This document shows, piece by piece, positions 20,244 through 29,514 of a stretch of 64,000 nt of DNA. The notes below the pieces were generated by a model. It did not search any database, had not been told where the DNA came from, and worked only from the letters and a program-made list of their open reading frames with translations. The position numbers were made by a program, and so were the translations under genes. Numbering within the stretch: position 1 is the stretch's first letter; every line of letters starts with the position of its first letter. Source of the DNA: an uncultured Anaerococcus sp. (lineage in GTDB: Bacteria > Bacillota > Clostridia > Tissierellales > Peptoniphilaceae); the NCBI RefSeq assembly GCF_943908415.1, contig NZ_CALTSY010000004.1, forward strand, positions 10,144 to 74,143. Direction: 5' to 3'.

Positions 20244-21665
20244 ATGACAGATTACAACAAAATTAATGACGACATTATTTTACAAATAGAAGATAGTGTT
20301 TCCGGCAATGTTTACGTCGGAGAAGAAATTAATGAAGATTTTTTCCATGATGAAATGCCTATATATGGTTCAGGTATTCCTGATGCTTTAGTAGATGTAA
20401 AATCAACAGAAGAAGTTGCTGCAGTAGTTAAAATCTGTAACGAAAATAAAATTCCTGTATTAGCAAGAGGTGCTGGATCAGGCTTAACTGGTGCCGGTGT
20501 TGCTATGAGTCAAGGTGTCATGATTAATATGCAACCTATGAATCAAATACTTGAATATGATGAAGATAATATGGTTGTTCGCGTTCAACCAGGTGTATTC
20601 CTTAACGACTTGGCAGAAGATTGCCTATCAAAAGGTTACCTATATCCACCAGATCCAGGTGAAAAATTTGCAACTCTAGGTGGAAACGTATCAACAAATG
20701 CAGGTGGTATGCGTGCTGTTAAATACGGAACTACTAGAAACTATGTAAGAAGTATGGAAGTTGTACTACCAACAGGCGAAATCACAAACTTTGGAGCAGT
20801 TGTAAGTAAGTCTTCAACAGGTTATGACTTAAAAGACTTAATGATCGGAAGTGAAGGAACACTAGGTATAATCACAGAATTAACTCTAAAAATTGTACCA
20901 GCTCCAAAAGCAACAATTTCATTAATAGTACCTTTTGAAAACTTAGATGACTGTATTTCTACAGTTCCAAAATTATTCAAAAACAATTTAAATCCACAAG
21001 CTATAGAATTTATGGAAAGAAAAATCGTCCTAGCTTCAGAGAAGTACATAGGTAGAGAAACTTTCCCTAAAAACTTAGATGGAGTAGATGCTAATGCTTA
21101 CCTACTTATCACATTTGATGGCGACAATGAAGACGAATTATATGATGTTCTTGAAAGAGCAGCAGAAATATTAGTTGAAAACGGAGCTATCGATTGTCTA
21201 GTAGCTGATACACCAAATGCTATAAAAGATGCATGGGCTGCAAGAAGCTCCTTCCTAGAAGCTATAGAAACTCAATACGAATTATTAGACGAATGTGACG
21301 TAGTAGTTCCAATAACAAAAATAGCTGAATATGTAAACTTCGTAAATGCAGAAGCTGAAAAATACATGTTTGATGTTCAAAGCTTTGGTCACGCTGGTGA
21401 TGGTAACCTTCATATTTATACTCTTTCAAATGAAGTAGATAAACATGATGAGTTTGTTGCTGAAGTTGATAAATTCATGGATGTAATTTATCAAAAAGCA
21501 TATGATCTAGGTGGTAAAATCTCTGGTGAACACGGAATAGGCTATGGTAAATTAAAATACTTAAAAGGATTTGAAGGGGATATAAATACTGACCTTATGA
21601 AAGGAATCAAAAAAGTATTCGATCCAAACCTAATACTTAACCCAAATAAAGTTATTGGTCTATAG
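20244..21665 (+). CDS. FAD-binding oxidoreductase, GlcD/D-lactate dehydrogenase family
   Basis: 473 aa with an FAD_binding_4 domain and a FAD-oxidase C-terminal domain. Confidence 0.8.
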   Translation: MTDYNKINDDIILQIEDSVSGNVYVGEEINEDFFHDEMPIYGSGIPDALVDVKSTEEVAAVVKICNENKIPVLARGAGSGLTGAGVAMSQGVMINMQPMNQILEYDEDNMVVRVQPGVFLNDLAEDCLSKGYLYPPDPGEKFATLGGNVSTNAGGMRAVKYGTTRNYVRSMEVVLPTGEITNFGAVVSKSSTGYDLKDLMIGSEGTLGIITELTLKIVPAPKATISLIVPFENLDDCISTVPKLFKNNLNPQAIEFMERKIVLASEKYIGRETFPKNLDGVDANAYLLITFDGDNEDELYDVLERAAEILVENGAIDCLVADTPNAIKDAWAARSSFLEAIETQYELLDECDVVVPITKIAEYVNFVNAEAEKYMFDVQSFGHAGDGNLHIYTLSNEVDKHDEFVAEVDKFMDVIYQKAYDLGGKISGEHGIGYGKLKYLKGFEGDINTDLMKGIKKVFDPNLILNPNKVIGL

Positions 21666-21683
21666 AAATAAAAGGAATATATT

Positions 21684-22031
21684 ATGAATTATTTAAAAGA
21701 ATTCGTAATCCTTTGTGCGTGTTTACTATTAGGCTCTTTAACAAGAAAATTAATTGACTTCCCTATTCCTGAAGCTGTGTATGGTATGATTTACCTATTC
21801 ATTGCTTTAAGGTTTAACATACTCAAGCCAGAAGAAATTGAAAAAACTTCAAATGGTATATTAGCAAACTTAGCCTTCCTATTTGTACCAGTTGGAGTTG
21901 GTATAATGGCAAATTATGAAGTAATAGAAGGTAGAATATTAAAATTATTAGTAATAGTTTTAATAGGAACTGCGGTAACCATGGGAGTAACAGGTGTTAT
22001 TGTCCAAGGTCTTCAAAGGAGAAAACAATGA
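21684..22031 (+). CDS. lrgA: CidA/LrgA family membrane protein
   Basis: 115 aa, four predicted TM helices, paired with LrgB. Confidence 0.75.
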   Translation: MNYLKEFVILCACLLLGSLTRKLIDFPIPEAVYGMIYLFIALRFNILKPEEIEKTSNGILANLAFLFVPVGVGIMANYEVIEGRILKLLVIVLIGTAVTMGVTGVIVQGLQRRKQ

Positions 22032-22729
22032 ATTTGATATTTGATAGTACCTACTTTGGTATAATCCTATCTTTTCTAGCCTTTGAAGTTGGAAAACGGA
22101 TAAATAGTAAAGTAAAAAATCCTGTTGCGAATCCCCTATTAATCGCTATACTTTTAGTAATAGCTTTTCTAAAAGTAACTGGTATACCTTATGAGCACTA
22201 TAAATTAGGAGGAGACTTTATAGCCTTCTTCATAGCTCCAGCAACAGTTGCAATGGTTTTAGACTTATATATAAATCTAGATTCTTTGAAAAAAAATATA
22301 ATCCCAATACTAGTGGGTGTTGTTGTTGGATCTATAGTTGCTATGCTCTTAGCTATATTTGTATCTAAGGGACTTGGACTTAAAGAAGATTTAGTCGTTT
22401 CTTTGGTACCACAGTCTATAACTACAGCTATAGCAATATCACTAACAGAAGAATATAACGGTATAGTTGCCCTAACTGCTATAATAGTTGTCTTAAGAGG
22501 GGTTATAGGTGCTGCTATTGCACCAGTAATACTAAAAGTATTTAAAATTACTGATCCTGTTGCACAAGGAGTAGCTATTGGTACATCTGCCCACGCTGTT
22601 GGAACTAGCGAAGCTAGAAAGATGGGACAAATCCAAGGGGCGATGTCTGGATTATCAATTGCCATAGCTGGTATTGTAACAGTTGTACTAATGCCATTAG
22701 CAATGTTAATTGTAAATTCAGTATTCTAA
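22028..22729 (+). CDS. lrgB: CidB/LrgB family membrane protein
   Basis: 233 aa polytopic membrane protein with a 4-bp overlap with lrgA. Confidence 0.75.
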   Translation: MNLIFDSTYFGIILSFLAFEVGKRINSKVKNPVANPLLIAILLVIAFLKVTGIPYEHYKLGGDFIAFFIAPATVAMVLDLYINLDSLKKNIIPILVGVVVGSIVAMLLAIFVSKGLGLKEDLVVSLVPQSITTAIAISLTEEYNGIVALTAIIVVLRGVIGAAIAPVILKVFKITDPVAQGVAIGTSAHAVGTSEARKMGQIQGAMSGLSIAIAGIVTVVLMPLAMLIVNSVF

Positions 22730-22859
22730 TAAATACAAAAAGCCATAAATTAAAATTTTATGGCTTTTTTGATATAAAATTATACTATAGTAAAACGCTA
22801 TGCAAAGGTTTTTATAGAAAATATGTCACCAAAATAATAAATTTAAGAAAGAGGATTTT

Positions 22860-24134
22860 ATGAAAATTAAACTACCATACGGAAAAACCTACCAAGAAGT
22901 AGAAGTTGCTGATAACAGAGTAAAAGCAATACTCGAATCAAGCCTTGAAGAATATCAGCCAGAAGATGACCAGCTAACAATAGTTAAAAAATCAATGGAA
23001 AATCCAATAGGAACTCCCAAATTAAAAGAATTAGCTGTCGGAAAAGATAAAGTAGTAATTCTTATCTCAGACCACACTAGACCAGTGCCTAGCAAATACA
23101 TACTTCCTTTGATGTTAGAAGAAATAAGAGAGGGAAATCCTAATGCTGATATTACCCTTCTAGTTGCTACAGGATGCCATCGTGAAACTACTAAAGAAGA
23201 GTTAATAGGCAAGATTGGTGAAGATATATATAATAACGAAAAAATATATATACATGATTGTGATGATGAATCAATGCTCGTTAAATTAGATCAAAAGCTA
23301 CCTTCTGGTGGTGACATAGTAGTTAATAAATTAGCTGCAGAAGCTGATTTATTAGTAGCAGAAGGATTTATTGAGCCTCACTTCTTTGCCGGTTATTCAG
23401 GTGGTAGAAAAAGCGTATTTCCAGGATGCTGTAGCCGTAAAGCAGTAATGTATAACCATAATGCTGAGTTTATCGATAGTGAGTATTCTAGAACTGGAAA
23501 TCTTGAAAACAACCCAATACACAAAGATATGATAGCTGCTGCTAGGGCTCTAGATTTAGTTTATATTGTAAACGTAGTAATCAATTCTGATAAAGAAGTT
23601 ATCCACTCAGTAGCTGGGGATTTAGAGCAAGCTCACGAATCTGGAACAGAATGGCTAAAAGAAAGAGCCGGTGTAGAAAAACAACTTGCAGATATAGCAA
23701 TCACTTCTAATGGAGGGTATCCTCTAGACCAAAATATCTATCAAGCTGTAAAATCAATGACAGCTGCAGAAGCAGCAGTTAAAGAAGGCGGTGTTATAAT
23801 AGTAAGCGCAGAATCTAGCGATGGAACAGGTGGAGATGCTTTCTATAACGCCTTCGTAGATGAACCTGATACCCAAAAATTATATCAGTCTTTCTTAGAT
23901 ACTCCTAAAATAAAGACAATCCCTGACCAATGGGAATCACAAATCCTATGTAGGGTTTTACTAAAAACTAAGGCAGTAATATATATATCTGATGTAGAAG
24001 ATGAAATTGTAGAAACTTTCCATATGATTCCAGCAAAATCATTAGATGAAGCTATGAAGAAAGCTGATGAGCTTATGGGTAGCGATAGTAGTATAACAGT
24101 AATACCTAACGGAATATCTGTTTTTGTAAAGTAA
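22860..24134 (+). CDS. larA: nickel-dependent lactate racemase
   Basis: 424 aa in the LarA/DUF2088 family. The lar maturation genes are adjacent. Confidence 0.85.
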   Translation: MKIKLPYGKTYQEVEVADNRVKAILESSLEEYQPEDDQLTIVKKSMENPIGTPKLKELAVGKDKVVILISDHTRPVPSKYILPLMLEEIREGNPNADITLLVATGCHRETTKEELIGKIGEDIYNNEKIYIHDCDDESMLVKLDQKLPSGGDIVVNKLAAEADLLVAEGFIEPHFFAGYSGGRKSVFPGCCSRKAVMYNHNAEFIDSEYSRTGNLENNPIHKDMIAAARALDLVYIVNVVINSDKEVIHSVAGDLEQAHESGTEWLKERAGVEKQLADIAITSNGGYPLDQNIYQAVKSMTAAEAAVKEGGVIIVSAESSDGTGGDAFYNAFVDEPDTQKLYQSFLDTPKIKTIPDQWESQILCRVLLKTKAVIYISDVEDEIVETFHMIPAKSLDEAMKKADELMGSDSSITVIPNGISVFVK

Positions 24135-24147
24135 AATATTAAAATAG

Positions 24148-24195
24148 TAAAAATAGCTAGCAATAATTATATGATTATTTGCTAGCTATTTTTAT
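24148..24195. terminator. bidirectional terminator (long near-perfect palindrome) between larA and larC
   Basis: AAAATAGCTAGCAATAAT...ATTATTTGCTAGCTATTTT, a ~18-bp stem. Confidence 0.5.
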
Positions 24196-24196
24196 T

Positions 24197-24577
24197 CTAA
24201 TTATTTGATATATTTCTTTGATCGTATAATTTTTTTAGAAAATCAAAGGCGACTTTTAGGCCGATATCCTTATTGTTTGCAAGTTCTTTTGCCGATTCAT
24301 ATTCTGGATAAATATAATTTGTATCATTATGTCTTACAATCTTATATCTATAATCCTTATTTTCATATCTTATAGTTTCTATCTTGCGATCTAATATATC
24401 CCTTTCTATAGGAATTTTTCTGATACCTATACTAGTAGAATGTTTAAATATCAAATCTTCAATTTTCTTTTCATTTTCTAAATCGCAAATAACTGATAGC
24501 TTGAATGCTGGTCTATTTTTTTTCATAAAGATAGGAGTATAAAATACATCAAGGGCATAATTCATAACTTCATCCAT
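24197..24577 (-). CDS. larC: LarC C-terminal segment (larC2-like)
   Basis: 126 aa from the first ATG. The reading frame is open upstream to 24643 (…KKTLEILETNIDDSTGELLGFL-MDEV…) and matches the LarC C-terminal domain. Confidence 0.75.
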   Translation of the reverse strand: MDEVMNYALDVFYTPIFMKKNRPAFKLSVICDLENEKKIEDLIFKHSTSIGIRKIPIERDILDRKIETIRYENKDYRYKIVRHNDTNYIYPEYESAKELANNKDIGLKVAFDFLKKLYDQRNISNN

Positions 24578-24630
24578 TAAAAATCCTAAAAGCTCTCCTG
24601 TGCTATCATCAATGTTAGTTTCTAAAATTT

Positions 24631-25464
24631 CTAGTGTTTTTTTTTACTAGTTTCAATTTCCATTACCCTTAGTATATTAGTGTACTTATCAAAGTCTCTA
24701 TTACCTGCTCCAAGACCTACATTGTTTATCTTAAAGCTATCTATCTTATGTCCCTTATCAAAGTATCTTACTATAGCTGCGCCAGTTGGTGTAACATGCT
24801 CACCAGCTTCATCCAATAGTTTTATGTTGATATCAGAGCCTGCTAGTATGTTAATTACAGCAGGAACTGGTATTGGCATCTGCCCATGGGCACAATTTTG
24901 ATAACCATAACCTTCATTAAGATCAGAAAAATAAATATTTTCTACATCTAAGTCATCTATAAGCACAGATGTGCCTATAATATCAATTATAGAATCAATG
25001 GCCCCCACCTCATGAAAATGAACTTCTGATTTATCAATGCCGTGAGCCTTAGCTTCAGCATCTGCAATTATATCAAATATTCCTAGGGCATTATCCTTAG
25101 CCCTCTGAGATATATCAGCCTTATCTATTAATTCAGTAACTTCCTTTAAATGTCTATGGACATGACTATCATGATGATGTGAGTGTGTATGTCCTTTAGA
25201 ACTTCCCTTTTCATGATGGTGATAATGCTTACCTTCTTGCTCATGAGAATGATCATGTTCATGTTTTTCACTATCTAAAATTACATCAAAATTATAGGCG
25301 TCTATGCCATTTTTATTTTTTCTATTAAAAACTAATTCATATCCATCAATGCCTAAAGAATCAATGGCCTTAACCAATTTTTCTTTGCTAGCTCCTAAAT
25401 CGAGTAAGGCTGCAATTGTCATATCTCCTGCTATTCCCGAGTTCATTTCAAAATATAAGTCCAT
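24631..25464 (-). CDS. larC: nickel insertion protein LarC, N-terminal segment (larC1-like) with a His-rich Ni-binding stretch
   Basis: 277 aa LarC N-domain with a His-rich region (HEHDHSHEQEGKHYHHHEKGSSKGHTHSHHHDSHVHRH). It ends …ETSKKKH* immediately after an A9 run. Confidence 0.8.
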   Translation of the reverse strand: MDLYFEMNSGIAGDMTIAALLDLGASKEKLVKAIDSLGIDGYELVFNRKNKNGIDAYNFDVILDSEKHEHDHSHEQEGKHYHHHEKGSSKGHTHSHHHDSHVHRHLKEVTELIDKADISQRAKDNALGIFDIIADAEAKAHGIDKSEVHFHEVGAIDSIIDIIGTSVLIDDLDVENIYFSDLNEGYGYQNCAHGQMPIPVPAVINILAGSDINIKLLDEAGEHVTPTGAAIVRYFDKGHKIDSFKINNVGLGAGNRDFDKYTNILRVMEIETSKKKH

Positions 25465-26211
25465 CTATTTCTCCTCTATAAGTTTATTAATCTGACAAGC
25501 ATTATAGGCTGCACTGTAGCCATTATCTATATTTACAACATTTACTCCTTCAGCACAAGTATTTAACATAGTCAGTAAGGCTGATAGGCCGTTAAAGCTA
25601 GCTCCATATCCAACAGATGTTGGCACAGCAATAATTGGTTTATTTACCAAACCACCTATTACCGTTGGCAAAGCACCTTCCATACCTGCAATAGCTATTA
25701 TTACATTGGCTTTTGAGATTTCATCTATCTTTGATGTAAGCCTATGCAATCCAGACACTCCTACATCATAAAATTTACTAACATTTGCCCCAAAAAATTC
25801 TGCTGTTATCCTAGCTTCTTCTGCCACTTTTAGATCTGCAGTACCTCCAGTACAAATAGCAATGTTTCCTATTTTTTTCTCTTGTCCATAAACAAGAGAA
25901 ATAATCCTAGATGTCTTATCATAGTTAGCTTCTGGAACTAGCTCTCTTACTTTTTCAAACTGATTAAGACTTGCTCTAGTTCCTATAACAGATTCCTTGC
26001 GTTCACTAAAAGTTTTGAAGATTTCGGCTAGGGCAAAGTCTTCTTTGCCCTCACAAAATATTGTCTCTCCAAATCCTCTACGTTCTTTTCTTTGAAAGTC
26101 CAGCTTTGCAAAATCTAAATCTTTATAATTAAAGTCCTTTAGATAAGCTATGCCGTCATTTATAGATATTTCTTCATTTTTAATTTTTTCTAAAAATTCT
26201 TTATTATTCAT
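25465..26211 (-). CDS. larB: nickel-pincer cofactor biosynthesis protein LarB (PurE-like carboxylase/hydrolase)
   Basis: 248 aa. Its C-terminal half is PurE-like (AIAGMEGALPTVIGGL...PTSVGYG). Confidence 0.8.
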   Translation of the reverse strand: MNNKEFLEKIKNEEISINDGIAYLKDFNYKDLDFAKLDFQRKERRGFGETIFCEGKEDFALAEIFKTFSERKESVIGTRASLNQFEKVRELVPEANYDKTSRIISLVYGQEKKIGNIAICTGGTADLKVAEEARITAEFFGANVSKFYDVGVSGLHRLTSKIDEISKANVIIAIAGMEGALPTVIGGLVNKPIIAVPTSVGYGASFNGLSALLTMLNTCAEGVNVVNIDNGYSAAYNACQINKLIEEK

Positions 26212-26212
26212 C

Positions 26213-27073
26213 TTATAACCAAGGATTCACTTCTTTTTTTATATCATCATATAAAACTTCATCCATAGAACCTGACCTATATCCTTCTAGATCGATATTT
26301 ACATACTTAAATCCTAAATCTTTAAATTTTTTGACTATATCCTCTGAATGTTTGAAAAGCTCATCTAGTTTTTCTTTTTTAACTTCAATTCTTGTATTAT
26401 CTCCATAAACCCTTACTCTATTATCAGTAAACCCTAAACTCTCTAAGTAGTTTTCAGCTTCTTCTATCATATCTAGTTTATCAAGATCAATTCTAGTATT
26501 GTAAGGGAATCTAGTAGCCATGCATGGTTTAGAAGGCTTCTTATGGGTTTCTACACCAAGTTCTTTTGAATATAGACGAACTTCTTTTTTGCTTAATCCA
26601 GCCTCATATAAAGGAGATCTAGTGCCTAGATCCTTTAAAGCTTTAATACCAGGCCTGAATACCTTATAGTCGTCCATATTAGTTCCATCAACTACATATC
26701 CATATCCTAGTTCATCTTTTAAATTAAAGCAATTTTCAAATAGTCCAGATTTGCAGTAATAACATCTATACTCTACATTATTTAGTAATTTTTCGTTATC
26801 CATAATGCTGTTATTGGAAACATATAAATCTACATCCATTTCCGAAGCCAAGCGCTTACATTCTTCTAGCTCATCCTTAGGAGAAAATTCTGTCACAAAA
26901 GTTATAGCAACTAGGTCATCCCTATTTTCTCTAAGATCCGCTGCAAGCTTTAATATCAGAGTACTATCTACTCCACCAGAAAAGGCCAATACCATCTTAT
27001 CTTCTAGCATTTCCTTTATTATTTTATTTAATTTTTCTTTCTTTTGATCACTTATACTATCTATTTCTGTCAT
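26213..27073 (-). CDS. larE: ATP-dependent sacrificial sulfur transferase LarE
   Basis: 286 aa with PP-loop SGGVDST. Sits in the lar context. Confidence 0.8.
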   Translation of the reverse strand: MTEIDSISDQKKEKLNKIIKEMLEDKMVLAFSGGVDSTLILKLAADLRENRDDLVAITFVTEFSPKDELEECKRLASEMDVDLYVSNNSIMDNEKLLNNVEYRCYYCKSGLFENCFNLKDELGYGYVVDGTNMDDYKVFRPGIKALKDLGTRSPLYEAGLSKKEVRLYSKELGVETHKKPSKPCMATRFPYNTRIDLDKLDMIEEAENYLESLGFTDNRVRVYGDNTRIEVKKEKLDELFKHSEDIVKKFKDLGFKYVNIDLEGYRSGSMDEVLYDDIKKEVNPWL

Positions 27074-27302
27074 ATGAAACTCCTAACAAATTCACATATA
27101 AAAAGTCAACTTAATTTCTTTAAACACTATAATTTTAACATAGTTTTACAAAAAATCACAACCAAAACTATTCTAAAAAATAAAAATTACAATAAAAATT
27201 TTTTTCTCTTCTTATTTATATGTATCATAAATAAAATTACTTAAACAAAAAAATCTGAGCATACAGGTCATATGCTCAGACTTTAACATTTGTTATCAAA
27301 AA

Positions 27303-27959
27303 TTATTCCATTACACCAACATTATCTGCCACTTTAAAATCAGCTTCAGTACATTCTTTGATATCTTCAACTTTATAACCTTCAGCTAACTCCATCAATA
27401 CGAGACCTTCTTCTGTAACTTTGAAGTAACAACGTTCTGTTATTATATCAGTGACACAATTGGCACCAGTTAATGGCAGGGTACACTTCTTTAATATCTT
27501 AGGATTACCACCTTTATCACAATGATCAGTAGCAACTATTATCCTCTTTACTCCAGAGCATAAATCCATTGCGCCGCCCATACCAGGAACCAATTTGCCA
27601 GGAATTTTCCAATTGGCTATATTTCCTTCTTGATCAACTTCTAATGTTCCAAGTACAGCTGCATCAACATGGCCACCTCTAATTAAACTGAATGAGCGCA
27701 ATACAGGGAATGCTGCTCCACCTTTTACTAAGGTTATTGGGCCTCCTCCAGCATCAAATAAATCAATATCCGCATCTTTTATTAGAGGAGTTTTGCCAGC
27801 ACCTGACGCACCAATCTCTTGCTCTAACCAGATATCCACACCTTCTGGTAAATAGTTAACACACTGACTAGGTATCCCTATTCCTAAATTAACAAAGTCT
27901 CCATCTTCAAAAAACTTTGCACAACGTGCTGCTATTAATTCTCTTCCTTTATAATCCAT
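27303..27959 (-). CDS. 3-oxoacid/acetate CoA-transferase subunit B
   Basis: 218 aa, AtoA/ScoB-like (…NLGIGIPS…). Confidence 0.8.
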   Translation of the reverse strand: MDYKGRELIAARCAKFFEDGDFVNLGIGIPSQCVNYLPEGVDIWLEQEIGASGAGKTPLIKDADIDLFDAGGGPITLVKGGAAFPVLRSFSLIRGGHVDAAVLGTLEVDQEGNIANWKIPGKLVPGMGGAMDLCSGVKRIIVATDHCDKGGNPKILKKCTLPLTGANCVTDIITERCYFKVTEEGLVLMELAEGYKVEDIKECTEADFKVADNVGVME

Positions 27960-27960
27960 A

Positions 27961-28683
27961 TTACTTACCTCCGCTTTCTTTTTCAGAGATTCTTTTCCAA
28001 GCTAAAGGTATTTCTCTTTCTTTCTCTTTTACATAAACCAGACCAGTTACAGGCGCAATAACATCTATCTCATCATATCCTAACTCACCTATTTCAACTA
28101 GTTCATCTACTTCAAATATTGGAAATTTTGCTGCCAAAGCCATTTCATCATTTCCTACTAAAGAGTCTCCTTTAAATTTAATATTGCCTGCTTTATCTGC
28201 AACACCAGCCTTGATTATAGCTACATCAGCTTTTAAAGGTTTTTCAATGATATAATCTTTACCGTCTATGTTTAATTTCTCTTTTCCTTCTTCTACTTCA
28301 GTACCGACACCGGTAGGAGTAATAACACCACCTAATCCAGCACCACCGGCATGAATTCTTTCTATCCAGTTGCCTTGAGGACAATATTCTACTTCAAGTT
28401 TTCCTTCAATCATTTTTTTTGTAGCTACAGGATTTAAACCTGTATGAGAAGTTACAACTTTCTTTACCCTATCATCAACTATTAACTTTCCAACCCCTTC
28501 TTTAGGATTACCACTGGCTATAGCTATCACAGTTATATCTTTAACATCGGTTTTCAGCATCGCATCAATTATCTCATCTGCACCCTGCTGTCCATGTACA
28601 TCTGAGAACATAATAGTCTGTCCGCTCTTAATATGATCCAGAACTTGATCCATAGTCCCAACTTTATTCTTCACTTTATTCAC
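27961..28683 (-). CDS. 3-oxoacid/acetate CoA-transferase subunit A
   Basis: 240 aa, AtoD/ScoA-like. Confidence 0.8.
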   Translation of the reverse strand: MNKVKNKVGTMDQVLDHIKSGQTIMFSDVHGQQGADEIIDAMLKTDVKDITVIAIASGNPKEGVGKLIVDDRVKKVVTSHTGLNPVATKKMIEGKLEVEYCPQGNWIERIHAGGAGLGGVITPTGVGTEVEEGKEKLNIDGKDYIIEKPLKADVAIIKAGVADKAGNIKFKGDSLVGNDEMALAAKFPIFEVDELVEIGELGYDEIDVIAPVTGLVYVKEKEREIPLAWKRISEKESGGK

Positions 28684-28691
28684 CTACCTTT

Positions 28692-29480
28692 TTATTCACC
28701 TTTAAAATCAGGAGATCTTTTTTCTATAAAAGCTTTTACACCTTCTACAAAGTCATCTGTATGAGCAGAAGATACTTGAGTATCAGCTTCTACCTTTCCA
28801 AAGTCTGAATAATTTTTAAACATTGATTCATACATTTGTTTCTTTAAATTAGCATATGCTACACTAGGACCTTTAGAAAGTTTTTTGGCAAGTTCGTCTG
28901 TAACTTCTTCTAGTTCTTCAACTTTACATACCTTATTAATCATGCCCATATTGTAGCCTTCCTCAGCTGACATAGGCTTGCCTGTAATCAAGTACTCCAT
29001 AGCTTTATGCCATCCTATATCTCTTGGGAGCAAGTATGTGCCACCTGTATCAGGTACCAATCCTAAATTTATAAATGCTTGTATAAATTTAACGTTATCT
29101 GCACAAATTACTAAGTCACATGATAAAGCTATATTACATCCTGCACCTGCAACAGCACCTGAACAAGAAGCTATAATTGGTTTTGGGAACGTACGCATTT
29201 TATTTGATAGTTCATGGACCTTCTTTACTAGATCAAAATCTCCGACACTTCCTTCGTTTTCGATCTTATCATAGAAATATTGAATGTCACCACCAGCTGA
29301 AAAACACTTTTCTAAGCCTTGTATTATTACAACTTTAATATCATTATTATCACATGAATTTAATGCGTCATCCAATTCTTTATACATTTCTTCATCGATT
29401 GCATTCAAATTTTGTTTATAATTCATCTGTATCTTTGCAATGTTATCTTTTTTCTCAAGTATAATTTTTTTATAGTCCAT
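28692..29480 (-). CDS. enoyl-CoA hydratase/isomerase family protein
   Basis: 262 aa in the crotonase fold. Confidence 0.8.
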   Translation of the reverse strand: MDYKKIILEKKDNIAKIQMNYKQNLNAIDEEMYKELDDALNSCDNNDIKVVIIQGLEKCFSAGGDIQYFYDKIENEGSVGDFDLVKKVHELSNKMRTFPKPIIASCSGAVAGAGCNIALSCDLVICADNVKFIQAFINLGLVPDTGGTYLLPRDIGWHKAMEYLITGKPMSAEEGYNMGMINKVCKVEELEEVTDELAKKLSKGPSVAYANLKKQMYESMFKNYSDFGKVEADTQVSSAHTDDFVEGVKAFIEKRSPDFKGE

Positions 29481-29514
29481 AGCCTCTCCTTCCTGTCTTA
29501 TTTATATCTATTTA

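Noticed and set aside
22198-22665. 155-aa antisense ORF inside lrgB, and similar antisense ORFs (14145-14468, 14357-14641, 15475-15951, 17989-18246, 29966-30463, 33294-33935, 34663-35100, 47772-48170 and others)
   Set aside because: They lie opposite well-supported conserved genes, have low-complexity or Ser/Ile-rich composition, and have no RBS. They are typical shadow ORFs in AT-rich DNA.
21684-22729. LrgA/LrgB as a holin/antiholin cell-death module
   Set aside because: No autolysin or lytS/lytR regulators are adjacent. The pair is embedded in a lactate-metabolism locus, and LrgAB homologues are established 2-oxo/2-hydroxy-acid carriers, so a transporter role is more likely. It is listed as a finding rather than a death system.
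24197-25464. larC as a simple pseudogene
   Set aside because: Both halves retain full-length conserved domains. The break coincides exactly with an A9 run, and a -1 shift on the A-run restores the C-terminal frame. The same two-ORF arrangement is known for functional larC in Lactobacillus. A homopolymer assembly error cannot be excluded without reads.
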